From IMG/VR virus record IMGVR_UViG_3300034683_000333: 64,000 bases of DNA; one strand, written 5' to 3'. The notes below the pieces were generated by a model. That model saw only the letters and a list, made by a program, of their open reading frames with translations, searched no databases and was not told the origin of the DNA. A program made the translations under genes and the position numbers. Positions 10,420 through 21,503 of this stretch are shown one piece after another. Numbering within the stretch: the stretch's first letter is position 1; the number at the start of each line of letters is the position of its first letter. The stretch is from a virus.

Positions 10420-11118
10420 TCAAACCATAAGCTTCAAAAATTGCATTCTCATGTCGTCATCCCATTTGCGATCCTTTAGGCGGATCGGAAGCTTAACACC
10501 CATCGTCCGCAATATTTTCCAAACGTCGGTTTTTTTGTAAAACAAATATTTGGAAAGTTCAAAACATCCATCGGGTGTGAACAAGAACACCCTTTCCGTT
10601 CTTTTTTGCCAATCCTCGGAATCCACCATTTTGACAACCGCAAGGTTCGATTCCTTAACAACCTACGTGATATAGAATCCCTCGGGAATCGAACAATTGG
10701 TAAAATTTCTCAACCTTTTCTTAAAATTCCTATCTCTCCATACAACATACTTTTCAGGAAATGTATTTCTATAGGCCAAATCCCGATCATTTACATTACA
10801 TTCGGTTTTGGTCCAATCATTTCTTCTTATCTTTGCTTTATCTCTTTCAGCCACAATTCGAACATATTTTTTCTGTTTTTCAGTATACCAAGAAACAGTA
10901 AGATATGTGGTTTTAGCCAAATATTTATAGCTGTTTCCAACATGGCCTCCATCCGAATAGATGTAGCCATACTTATTTTCTTCAATCATGGGAATGTATT
11001 TAAACAGTACCCAACGTTCAATGAGACGACACCGATTACCACGTTCTACAGTGTCAAGAATCTACTCGATCTCATTCTTTACATTTTCTACATCAATGAA
11101 AATAAAACGCTTTTCCAT
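10420..11118 (-). CDS. hypothetical protein with two in-frame TAGs (11062-11064, 10663-10665)
   Basis: SD AGGGGG plus ATG 11118; one frame joins track ORFs 10663..10989 and 10420..10629 (KNEIE*ILDT; GFYIT*VVKE); ends TGA at a terminator. Confidence 0.8.
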
Positions 11119-11164
11119 GATTGCCCCCCTATGTTTGAGTCATCCAACCCTTATCGTTAGTTAT

Positions 11165-11193
11165 GATTTATCATAACTTGATAAGTATGTCAA
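11165..11193 (-). promoter_or_regulatory. sigma70-type promoter
   Basis: TTGACA-17 nt-TAAATC with TG extension. Confidence 0.55.
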
Positions 11194-11288
11194 GAAGATT
11201 TTTTAAATTTTGATTGGAAAATTAGATTTTCAAAGGGATGAAATGGAATTGATTAAGACTAACCAAAAAATCAAAGCTATTAAACAAT

Positions 11289-11324
11289 AAAAAACCCGGT
11301 CACTCTATCGAGGCCGGGTTTTTT
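11289..11324 (-). terminator. intrinsic terminator after mucR
   Basis: AAAAAACCCGG/CCGGGTTTTTT hairpin flanked by A/T runs. Confidence 0.75.
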
Positions 11325-11342
11325 GTAGGCGGTGGTAAAAAC

Positions 11343-11927
11343 CTAATCTTTCTTCTTTTCGTCCTTCGTATCCTTTTTTGTCTCCTTCGTTAAATCAACA
11401 GCAACGGCCTGCTTGCCAACGCTCGTCACCGCATCCACGACCGGTTCTGCACCACCAACGGCAACCTTATCTTCGCTTTTCCGTCTGCTAGCCTGATACT
11501 TCCGAAGATTTTCGGGAAGCCCACGCTCCTTGGCAAGCTTCGATCGGCGCTTGCTCACCTCAAGACACGAAAGGGGCTGGCGCTTTCCAAATCCCCACTT
11601 GGCTTTGTATTCCTTGGGGGTCAAACCGTGCTCACGAAGGTGTATGAATGTGAGTTGCTTAAATTCTTTACCACATTCGAGACAAATCACCTTGTCCTTC
11701 TGGATACTGTTCTCGGGTGAAATCTTTTCTTCCACTTCTTCAATTTGTGGGGCAAACAGTCGATCGATATCGAATTTTTCGATTTCGCCCTCATCCATCT
11801 TGTTAAGTTTCATGATCCCAAGGTAGGTTTTCCGAACTTCTTCCAAGATTTCCCTGGGAGACATGTTGGGATAATCCCGACGATCCTTAATGAGATTAAC
11901 AGCAAGTTCCATCATCTTGTTTTCCAT
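11343..11927 (-). CDS. mucR: Ros/MucR-family zinc-finger transcriptional regulator
   Basis: SIQKDKVICLECGKEFKQL..HLREHGLTPKEYKAKWG..QPL..SKRRSKLAKERGL; SD GGAGG before ATG 11927. Confidence 0.92.
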   Translation of the reverse strand: MENKMMELAVNLIKDRRDYPNMSPREILEEVRKTYLGIMKLNKMDEGEIEKFDIDRLFAPQIEEVEEKISPENSIQKDKVICLECGKEFKQLTFIHLREHGLTPKEYKAKWGFGKRQPLSCLEVSKRRSKLAKERGLPENLRKYQASRRKSEDKVAVGGAEPVVDAVTSVGKQAVAVDLTKETKKDTKDEKKKD

Positions 11928-12035
11928 GGTTACACCTCCCACATCTTATTTTGGCTTCTGAAGTTTAAAACTGACCACCACTCTACGGGAATAACAATAA
12001 ATCATCTTGATATAGCGATCAAGCATTTTTTTTCT

Positions 12036-13517
12036 TTATTTAACCTTATATGGTTTTAAGTCTTTAGACTCACTTGTAAAATACTTTAAACCCCTAAAAT
12101 GTGGTTCAATCCATATTGTCTTTCGCAGTGCCATCCTTGGTCCATGAGCTTGTCGCCTAAAATGACCCCGAACACTTACCAGCTTGTTCAACTTCCTACC
12201 AAAACCAGACCCGGAAGGCAAATTGGATATACGACGGACACCAGAACTAGGCTTAATATATATGTAATTGCGTACATAACTTCGGCGCTTTTCTAGTGAA
12301 CGCATCTTTTTCGGTTTCTTGGTTTGTAGGATTTGTTTTTCAAGCTCTGTATACTCTTTCCGATGCACAGCAAGTTCGGGGTAAAGATTTATGTAAAGAA
12401 CAGTAGACAATACTAAATTTAAAACATCCTTCGACATTCTCCTCCCAACACGAGCTTCAGCATCTCTGAGTGTATCACTAGGTTTCTGATTATCAGAAAT
12501 CCTAATATTGTAAAATTTATACATTTCTTCGTTTGTAGTGTACTCAATACCATAAAGCACGAGATGAAGATAATCTTCAAGACGACTCACCAACACGCCA
12601 CGAAACTCGTAATGTTCATCGGGTGTCACCCTGGATAAATCGTGACCAATCCAAAAAGGGTCATCTGGATCAAGCTCATCCACAACATCCATATTTACAT
12701 TTGTGTTCCCGTAATCCAATACCATGACCTCGTTTGGAAATGTAATGTATTTCCATTCCAGTTCACAATCGGTCGAAAATAAATACGGGAATAAAGACTC
12801 GTCGATTTTATAAATTCCACCTTTTAGTAACAATACAATTTCTGTATACAACGAAACAACCATATCACTTAAAACAACATTCGGACCGGCTAATCTAATG
12901 AACCCAAATACGCTATTTACGTACTCATAAGTTACTCGTTCAATTTTATCTTCAATTTTCAGTTCATTATTAAAAACTGCATCAACTATCTTATCCCGAT
13001 TAAGCTTCGGAAGCCTATCGTAAAAATATCGTGTAAACTGATATCCATGACAAACATCTTTTGTTGGCTTAAAACTCGCATACCATTGAAGAGATTCCAA
13101 ATACCTTCTATCAAATTCCTCAACCGAAGAAAATATTTCAATCCTAATACTTTCCTTAATAAAAGACATAAATGCAATATGAGTATTCCCAAACTTCTCA
13201 ATATATGGCTTAAAATAACCAGAACTAAACGTTATCGCACCGAATACCACTTTCCCATTATGACTATATAATTCTTGCATCAACAAACGTAGTACAACAT
13301 CATCCTCTTCTGGAAGATCAACAACATCTTCCATAATAATACCATAATGTAGATACGGTTCTTGGAGACGACCACGATGCCACATTCCCGTTCTTGGAAC
13401 AAATACATATATTTCACTGGGAGTATAAAGTTCAACATCCGGGAAATCATTATAAATTAAGACGGCGCAATAATCCTTAATCCCTATCATCCGAATATGT
13501 GAATTTTGAATGCTCAT
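12036..13517 (-). CDS. phage hypothetical protein with C-terminal VRGHFRRQ..IWIEP motif
   Basis: 493-codon ORF; the C-terminal motif recurs in uncharacterised phage proteins (recalled, not searched). Confidence 0.75.
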   Translation of the reverse strand: MSIQNSHIRMIGIKDYCAVLIYNDFPDVELYTPSEIYVFVPRTGMWHRGRLQEPYLHYGIIMEDVVDLPEEDDVVLRLLMQELYSHNGKVVFGAITFSSGYFKPYIEKFGNTHIAFMSFIKESIRIEIFSSVEEFDRRYLESLQWYASFKPTKDVCHGYQFTRYFYDRLPKLNRDKIVDAVFNNELKIEDKIERVTYEYVNSVFGFIRLAGPNVVLSDMVVSLYTEIVLLLKGGIYKIDESLFPYLFSTDCELEWKYITFPNEVMVLDYGNTNVNMDVVDELDPDDPFWIGHDLSRVTPDEHYEFRGVLVSRLEDYLHLVLYGIEYTTNEEMYKFYNIRISDNQKPSDTLRDAEARVGRRMSKDVLNLVLSTVLYINLYPELAVHRKEYTELEKQILQTKKPKKMRSLEKRRSYVRNYIYIKPSSGVRRISNLPSGSGFGRKLNKLVSVRGHFRRQAHGPRMALRKTIWIEPHFRGLKYFTSESKDLKPYKVK

Positions 13518-13537
13518 TCATTTTCCTTTCAAATAAG

Positions 13538-13798
13538 TTACATATACAAGGTAATATCCAATTGTTTTGATATAAATAAATAAACTAGTGTCGATACAAT
13601 CTTTTCCAACTCAACCTCTACACCCATTTCCTTCAATTTTCTGTCGATTTCTGTCCAAGTCTCATCATCCCAATCACTCATAACACCAACGATCTCACGT
13701 CTTGCACATTGAGTACACAACATTTCACCACCAAACGGAGATTCGAAAACAACATTCAAATCTCCACAATCACGACACCCGGTATTTTCCATACACAC
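13538..13798 (-). CDS. small Zn-ribbon hypothetical protein
   Basis: CRDC..CTQC pairs; co-oriented and overlapping the upstream gene. Confidence 0.6.
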   Translation of the reverse strand: MCMENTGCRDCGDLNVVFESPFGGEMLCTQCARREIVGVMSDWDDETWTEIDRKLKEMGVEVELEKIVSTLVYLFISKQLDITLYM

Positions 13799-14495
13799 AC
13801 CCCTTTAGATAAAAAAGTGGATCAGTATAATTTTTTGAAATTGGATTTTCAATCATTTTGATTACACGATTAATATTTTTCTCCATGTGACTAACAACCA
13901 AAATTTCATTTTTCGTATGTTGATTGTAATAACCAATGGAAAGATTTACATGGGGAACACCATAGTATCTAGTCAAATACAACACATCGGAAAATGTTCC
14001 TATGTGTCTATCATACCCAAAGCGCTCCACATATAGCATCACATCCCTAGAAATTCTGCCATAGAAAACATACTGATCACACGCCATCCGGTCAAGGGCA
14101 ATAAATAGCCTGTCTCTCCCAACCCAATGCCCCGATTCAACGAACGTCTTCATTCCCAATCCACCACATTCTTCGTAGTTGGTCAAAAGAACGCTCGGAC
14201 GCCATTTGCACTTCGAAAGAATCTGAAATATGGCATACACACCAGCTCGATCATCCGACCCAAGAATACCATTTTCATTTCGAACGACGCCATTTTTCCA
14301 CTTAAGATTAACAGGAACTCCAGGATCTCGCACCGTGTCCACATGAGCCACAATGCACATGGGAACCTCACCAATGGCATAGACAAATTGATCATCTAAC
14401 CGGATAACCGTTTTAAAATATTTTTCCAATTCTGCACCCGCATCACATAATAGTCGATAATTATCTTTTTTTATGATACTTTCCAGATCATACAT
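13770..14495 (-). CDS. M20/M28-family metallopeptidase
   Basis: VAHVDTV, LGSDDRAG, YEECGG, ALDR, FSDV, NLSIGYYNQHT. Confidence 0.85.
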   Translation of the reverse strand: MYDLESIIKKDNYRLLCDAGAELEKYFKTVIRLDDQFVYAIGEVPMCIVAHVDTVRDPGVPVNLKWKNGVVRNENGILGSDDRAGVYAIFQILSKCKWRPSVLLTNYEECGGLGMKTFVESGHWVGRDRLFIALDRMACDQYVFYGRISRDVMLYVERFGYDRHIGTFSDVLYLTRYYGVPHVNLSIGYYNQHTKNEILVVSHMEKNINRVIKMIENPISKNYTDPLFYLKGCVYGKYRVS

Positions 14496-14554
14496 TAAAT
14501 TAAGCCTCCCCCTACTAATTTTTCAAAATAAATTTTTAACACCGGAGACAAAAT

Positions 14555-17500
14555 ATGTTTTCACAAAACTCATCCATGAATCTTGATATCCTATCAAATA
14601 AAGACTTTGTAAAAGCATATAATACAATACTCCAGTCTCTCAATCAAGATACGCCAATTTTTTACCAAAATACTGACAAGTTCCAAATTACCATCAACCC
14701 CCAAGACTTTGACTTACTACAAGTCAACGAAAAACTATCACACGCCATCATACTACCATACGAAGTTAGTATTGTCAATAAATCTTTTATGAAAACAAAA
14801 GTATATCGATTGGTATCACGAAAACTTCCAAATACGATAAACTAGCACACGAACGCACAATTCCCATTCACCGTTGAAATTGACCAAACCAGGTCCTTTC
14901 TATTGTACGTGACTATTGATACACTTGATGATATTGATTGGTTAATCGATAACGATTTGGCATTTGTCGCTTATACAGATAACACCACCCTTTACGAAAT
15001 CGATTTTGCGATAAGAGTGCCTGACATTCGTGGAATTTCTTCATTTAGCCAGTTTGAAAACTACATCGAAGCAAAAGATTGGTACGAATCCGGTGTAACG
15101 GATTTCGACGAAATCATTAACCTTAGTATAGGAATCCATAAACAATCACAAGCAAGCCGCATCCTTAATCAAGCATTGATTGATTTTACAGATCGCTCAT
15201 CACAAGAATTCAATTCATTAATTCAGTCCATTTAGAATCCAGAAGACATCTCTGAACTCGAAAAATAGAGAGCAACCTTCAAACCCCATCTTCCTGGAGA
15301 TTTCATTTGGGCGCTCCTCACACTTGAAGACAACTATTCACTCAAATCAAAAATGAAGTTTAATATTCAAAGAATTTCATATATTTCTGGTATTTTAGAA
15401 AACAAAAAAAATTGCGGATATGATGAAGCATCACAAATGTTTGAAAATTAGAAGAATTCAGTTGAAGTCTATACCGGAACGGACATAACAGAACAACGAC
15501 AAAAACTCGATTTACTTACTATGCAGATCAGAATACCTTGGTTCGGCTCTGAATGGTGTATTTTTGACGTTATTACGACCATTCTAAATATCAATGGATA
15601 CCAAACTACTGTAACAGACAACCAAAGTCTAAAGGAATATGTGGGACAACACATTCGATCAAGCGGAATCAGCAACTTAACACCTTATATAGAAGATGTA
15701 AACATAAACTATGATATTAGCTCACAAATTAAGGAAAATACTTATACATTTACAACTTTGGTTCCTACTGGTTATGTACCTAAACCTGACAATACAACAC
15801 AATATGGTTACAAAATCATTCATGCAGATCATTCTATTTTGTTTAGTGATATTCTCGATACAACCGACTTTGAGATAAGCTTTATATATCATCGCCCAGT
15901 AAACATAACAAGTAGGAATTTTATTTTTCATGATTTCAAAGATTCTTTTATTCAGAAAATGTTAAGTTATGATTGGACATCTTATTTTGGTGGAAGCATC
16001 GACCCAAATATTCCCATTAACCTACTATCGACAGACTACACGATTGAACTCTAGAAAACCAATGAAAATGGTGACTTCACCTACGACAACACACAATGGG
16101 TGGTCAATAAAGTTACAACACTTCATCTTTCTGATGAAATTGTTGAATCTTTTAGAATAACGAACTTTGAAATTCTTGACGATGGAAGTGGTGACATCCT
16201 TCTAACACAAACAAATAATGTAACCGACATCGTTGCAATCCACAAAATTGACGTATTCAATGAAGGAAACACATATTTGCAACTTACTGAAGCGAAATGG
16301 TTTTTGCCTACAATATACCCATATCAAGAACAATTCAAAACAGCATTTCCATCATTCTTCGTTGGCCTCGACACCATAACAAACAACAAAGAATTTTATC
16401 AATCCATGATTAAACGAATCGACATTGTTTCAACTGGAACACTAACTCCTGGTGAAACGGGTTCAATTTTCGTTGTTGTCAGACTGAATAGAAACATATT
16501 AAGTCATTACCTATCACAATTTATTGAAATACCATATGCAATCAAGCTAACATTCAATGAAGATCTTCATTATTACATCACGTGGAGCACAAATGGCATT
16601 ATTTCAAAATACCTCGACTGGAAAGAAGGAAAACAAAAGTATCATCCCAAGAACATTATGTGGCAGTAGCCATTTTCCAATGAAATTCATAACGGTGATT
16701 TGCCACTGGCAATTCCAGATGATGATGTATATAAATACTTTCCACCTAATTTTAATTACTAGTTTTCCACCTACCACGAAGAATCAAGCGACCCAGTGAC
16801 ATATCCCAACGACTTTGTAAAAACACTGGCACGGATGAGCGAAGATCCTTCTACGAATCTACCAGCGCCCATCGTCAAACCTGGACAATACGGCATCGTC
16901 GCATACCCGATGATTCTTCCTATTCCAGAAGGTGAGACAAACATCGGGAGCATTTCTGATCTCATCACCCGGTGTCATACCGCACCACTCAACAAAACCA
17001 CCTATCGAATTCACTGGCTCTATTTCAACGAATTTTTTGATGACATCCTCTCAACATACAAAACGGCAAAAAAACTCGGCTTTAGTTGGATTCCAACGTC
17101 AGAAAATACACACTACGTAACAAATGGTCTTGACTATACTGAAAATAGAATAATTCCAAATACAGGAAGTATTCGACCAATCAATTTAGAATAGTTTACC
17201 AAAATCAACGCAAAAGTTACATTTATGTTTAATGAAACACTTAAAAATGTATTTGAATACAGCTTCCCACGCACCATTTCAACATATGAAACGCTAAGCG
17301 ATGTAGATAAATTTTTACAAGAACTTAAAGGTGAAAATGAAGAAATAATACCACCAAAAGAAGATAAACCAAAGAAGTTTTTGGATAAATTCCTTTACAA
17401 AGTAAAATTAGGTGAAATTGTAGGAAACAAACCAGGAACTATGATTGTTCAAACCGATTATATGAATCTTTTAACAATTCAGCGACACGACAATTTCACG

Positions 17501-19168
17501 ATCAAAACACACTCAATCGGCCCCGATTCACCAGACACGTATCAAATTTCAATAGTTGATCCGACACTTGGTAACGGGGAAATCATTATTCGCTTCTTAG
17601 GATCTGATTACACTTTTACTTTCGAATGGGAAAAAATTGATGAACGTTCCATCCTCGAAAACATTGGTAACGTTGTAATCGATCCAGATTACATCAACCT
17701 TAAATACATTCCCATTGACGAAACATATTCTGTTGCCATCTCCATTACAAATCCAAATCCGTTTCCATTGGATATCACGAGCTTACCCATGGCAAATGAT
17801 TCGATGTTGGTTGTTGAAATGGTTGAATTTCCAGAAAATGAATATCTTAATCTTCTTTATCATCATTGGAAAGTCCTAAATAAACCTTATAAACTTCAAC
17901 CCAATGAAACTGTAAAACTTGTTTTACGAATTATTCCACGTCGCATTGGGGTGAACTTTCATACATTATACTTAAAAATCGGTAATTCAATCCGAACTGT
18001 TGACATCGAATTTAACTCTTTTGTAAATAACAAACCATATTTTGTTCTAGATGAAGAAAGTAGAATTGTCGATTTTGGAGATGTACCCATCGGGAAAATT
18101 GAAGAAAAATCAATTATTATTAAAAATATCGGTGATGTTATTGGAAAAATAAATTCAGTTTACACTTTCGGAAATGATGCTCAACATTTCAAGCTTCTCG
18201 ATCCAAGAACTGGAGAAATTGCAGAACGTTTGTCATTTAATAAGATTGTAAAACCGAAAACATCCCTTCACGTACCGGTACGATTCTACAGCCAATCATA
18301 CGGTCTGAACACGTCGTATGCTCACATCGAAACCAATGAACCGGTTGTTGACCAGTGGCAAATTTTCGATGATTCGACCCAGCTATTCAGAAATGCACCA
18401 AAGTATCTGTCAACACTGTTACGTGCTCAAGTCGTTTTGGAAGACGACCCAGTTGATCTTGATACCTATATTTTCCTTGGTTATGTACATCCAACCAGAA
18501 GTCGTTTTAGAACATACGAATTAACACTCAATAACAAATCATCCGATAAGATCATTAGCATTTAGAAAATTGATAACTACATGAAAAACTATATTAAAAT
18601 AAAATACAGTCAAGAGCCTTTCTCACAGAAAACAAGCGTTTATATAACACTCAATCCAAGATCATATTCAGAAAACATATATTTTGATCAACTATTTGTC
18701 TGGTATTCCGTTTATGACAAGAAGACGCATAAACGTCGAATCGTATTGAAAAAAATACCCATTTCGTGGCAAGTTACCTCAGAAAACTATTATGAATTTG
18801 ACATCAATGCAAGTGAGCTTATTCTTGTCACAAAACCGTTTATCAAAACAATGAAAGTTTTGCATGTCACAAACTTTAGCAACGTCGATGCAACAATGGA
18901 GATAAGCTTTTTGAACGATTTTAGTGGACTTTACTCTATTGTACCCCATCTTATTGGACCTGTTCTTATACCAGAAGGAGTTCGATACACTTTCAGAATT
19001 CTTTTCGGTGGGGATCAACGATTTCTTGGAAAATATGACACAGGAATAAACATTCTATTCAATATTGGTGAATCAACAATATAGAAAACAATTGCATTGA
19101 AGGGACTCATTGGAGAAGAAAACATCATTAAAGCGTACAAGCGAAAAAATATCATCATAACAACCTAA
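14555..19168 (+). CDS. large 1537-aa putative virion/surface protein with ASH/choice-of-anchor-D Ig-like domains; 10 in-frame TAGs
   Basis: Seven track ORFs (14555, 14903, 15521, 16100, 16796, 17225, 18581) are all in one frame, separated only by TAG, with no TAA/TGA until 19166. VDFGDVPIGKIEEKSIIIKNIG..FKLL..VPVRF..HIETNEP is ASH-like. Confidence 0.88.
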
Positions 19169-19169
19169 C

Positions 19170-19203
19170 AAAAATGGGCGGTCTCACTGACCGCCCTTCT
19201 CAT
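19170..19203. terminator. bidirectional terminator between convergent genes
   Basis: GGGCGGTC/GACCGCCC hairpin right after TAA 19168. Confidence 0.65.
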
Positions 19204-20391
19204 TTAAACCATCTTGATGATTTTGCCAAATGGTGGCTTAAACCAATTATTTCTTATCGTGAGCATCCAAAGTACCGGGAACCTCGGAACCGATTGGGGA
19301 AACGTATTGCAATACCCATCGGTATAATAGAGACACACCTTGGGTAAAACACGTTCTCTTTGGAGAAGATTGAATCCAGGAACAAAACTCGTTCCACCAC
19401 CGCCACGATACGTGAGTTCAATTTTATCGTGAGGCTTCACGACGAAATAATCATGAACGGCGAAATCCACCGTAATAAAATGAATGGTAGCTTCAAATTT
19501 CGCCCGAATCTCTTCCAAATCACGGTTGATTTGAGAAATCATATCCCGTGAAATACTACCACTCGTGTCCACAATCACGGCAACATCCAGCGCTTCCTTT
19601 TGACGAGCCTTCCCAGGAAGGACAATGCCATGAGCACGAAGACGTTTTTTGGTCTTCTTCCACGACGTGGTTTTAGAAAGGCACGTCGTTAAAAACTGAT
19701 TCAAGATCTTCCTATAATCCACACTCGGATTGAAAACCTTGTCGAATTCTCGCAAAAAATGACCGGCTCTTGTTCCAGCCAACGTTCCACCAAGGCTTTG
19801 TCGAAGGCTTTCAACGGTAGAACGCCATTCAATTTCCTGTTCGTTTTCATTTTTTTCACCGACAGAATTCCGAAGTTCTTCTGGAACGGGAAGCGTCCCG
19901 GGGGAGTAGAGATCATCGGGAGCACCGCCACCACCCGAACCCGATTCGGCATTGGAACCGGAAGAACCATTTTGCTCGGCCTTATCTTCTTCCTGCAACA
20001 ACAATTCGTAAACTTCTTCGGCGCTCATTCCATGAAAACGACTGTCGAACAATGCACCCTTAACAAGCGAATGATTGGAAACCAAAATGCCATTCACAAC
20101 ATAATCTGCCGCCGTGTTCCATGTTTCTTTTTCACGGCTACCTATTCTCAGATGATGCAACATCGCACAATGCATCACCTCATGGGCAAACACAAACACT
20201 TGTTCTGGAACGCTTAATTCATCAAAAAAATCAGGATTGTAGGCCAAAAATTGACCATCCGTTGCCGCCGTCTTTATTTCACTAGTAGGGAAAATAACAA
20301 GCTTATTGAGAAGATTAGCAAAGAAAGGATCTACGAGAACGAATCTTGCCTTAATGTTTCTCAATCGTTCTTGTTCTTTCTTGTTGATCAT
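19204..20391 (-). CDS. DUF2201-type putative metallopeptidase plus VWA domain protein
   Basis: TAATDG, FVFAHEVMHCAMLH, WNTAADYVVN, VIVDTSGSIS, GGGGTSF, YYTDGY. Confidence 0.9.
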   Translation of the reverse strand: MINKKEQERLRNIKARFVLVDPFFANLLNKLVIFPTSEIKTAATDGQFLAYNPDFFDELSVPEQVFVFAHEVMHCAMLHHLRIGSREKETWNTAADYVVNGILVSNHSLVKGALFDSRFHGMSAEEVYELLLQEEDKAEQNGSSGSNAESGSGGGGAPDDLYSPGTLPVPEELRNSVGEKNENEQEIEWRSTVESLRQSLGGTLAGTRAGHFLREFDKVFNPSVDYRKILNQFLTTCLSKTTSWKKTKKRLRAHGIVLPGKARQKEALDVAVIVDTSGSISRDMISQINRDLEEIRAKFEATIHFITVDFAVHDYFVVKPHDKIELTYRGGGGTSFVPGFNLLQRERVLPKVCLYYTDGYCNTFPQSVPRFPVLWMLTIRNNWFKPPFGKIIKMV

Positions 20392-20420
20392 TTCACCCTC
20401 CGTTGCTTGTTTGTAATAAA

Positions 20421-20449
20421 TATATATCACAAAACAAGCAACAAGTCAA
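20421..20449 (-). promoter_or_regulatory. sigma70-type promoter
   Basis: TTGACT-17 nt-TATATA with TG extension. Confidence 0.7.
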
Positions 20450-20480
20450 TAAAAAAGGGGATGGTTGTGAACCATCCCCG
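20450..20480 (-). terminator. intrinsic terminator
   Basis: GGGGATGG/CCATCCCC stem with T run on the minus strand. Confidence 0.7.
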
Positions 20481-20487
20481 AAGGTTC

Positions 20488-21369
20488 TTAATTCATGTAC
20501 TTCTTAATTTTTTCGAGAATCTTCGCCGCATCTTCGGCGACCTTCTTCTTGGTGTCGGGATTTTCTTTGATTTCATCTACATTCACACCACCAAAGACAT
20601 CCCGAATTTCCGTGGCAAGACGATTAAGCTCGGGATCATCCGACACGTTAAGGGATTCCACAATTTCAACAATATCGTTTGCCGCCTCAAACATGCTCTT
20701 GCGAAACCTTTCGGCCTCGGGATCGGTCAAACGATCCTTGATCTTTTTCACCACATTCATCATGCGGATCACAAGATCCTTGCTGGCCGCCTCAAAACGC
20801 TTCTGAAGCAACTGTTCGAGGCGATTCCGCATCCTCTCCACTTCCTCACCACCAAGACTTACTCGAAAATCGGTGGTGGGAATGGGAAACACATCGATGG
20901 AAATTCCGAAATAGGATCGAATTTCGCTCTCGGAAGGATAGTCATTGGGGTTAAAAAGGTGACCCAATTCAACCCGGCTCTGCTCCACAAGATCGTTATA
21001 CTCATCAATAAACTTGTCCACCGCCTTTTCCCACTCGGAACGGGCCTTCTCGATTTTTTCCATGTATCGGAAATAATTCTTCGTCGGAAGAAGACGTTCC
21101 CCACGATCCCCCCAAGGAAGTGTGTTTTTCCGATGCATATTACGAAGCCTTTGTTCAAGCTTTTTAAGCTCGTTCAGCCTCTCCTTGGGAACCAGAAACT
21201 TCACATAGTTTCCACGGGTCTCCTTCACACCATAGGTCGAGGAAACGGCGTCATTTCCACGAACATCAGTGGTTTTTCCCACCCAACAGGAAATTGTGAG
21301 ATCAACCACCACGGCCTTTTCACAAATGTCATTCTTATTATCTTCAATCTTCATGGCGATAGCTTCCAT
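20488..21369 (-). CDS. DUF3150-like protein
   Basis: VDLTISCW, TLPWGDRGERLLP, LFNPNDYPS motifs; usual neighbour of MoxR/VWA modules (recalled). Confidence 0.65.
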   Translation of the reverse strand: MEAIAMKIEDNKNDICEKAVVVDLTISCWVGKTTDVRGNDAVSSTYGVKETRGNYVKFLVPKERLNELKKLEQRLRNMHRKNTLPWGDRGERLLPTKNYFRYMEKIEKARSEWEKAVDKFIDEYNDLVEQSRVELGHLFNPNDYPSESEIRSYFGISIDVFPIPTTDFRVSLGGEEVERMRNRLEQLLQKRFEAASKDLVIRMMNVVKKIKDRLTDPEAERFRKSMFEAANDIVEIVESLNVSDDPELNRLATEIRDVFGGVNVDEIKENPDTKKKVAEDAAKILEKIKKYMN

Positions 21370-21423
21370 TTCTTCTCCTCCTATGTTTAATTGTTTAATT
21401 CACCAACCCCTTATTGTGATTCT

Positions 21424-21452
21424 TTTATACCAGAATCATTGTTTAATGTCAA
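21424..21452 (-). promoter_or_regulatory. sigma70-type promoter
   Basis: TTGACA-17 nt-TATAAA. Confidence 0.75.
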
Positions 21453-21503
21453 GTGGAAAATCAATCATTAATCTTTTGATTTTCCACTTGATCAATCATT
21501 GTT

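Noticed and set aside
14555-19168. Pseudogene decay or sequencing errors explaining the interrupted genes
   Set aside because: Every interruption is TAG, never TAA/TGA or a frameshift, and about 100 TGG codons in the repeat genes are untouched, which random damage would not produce.
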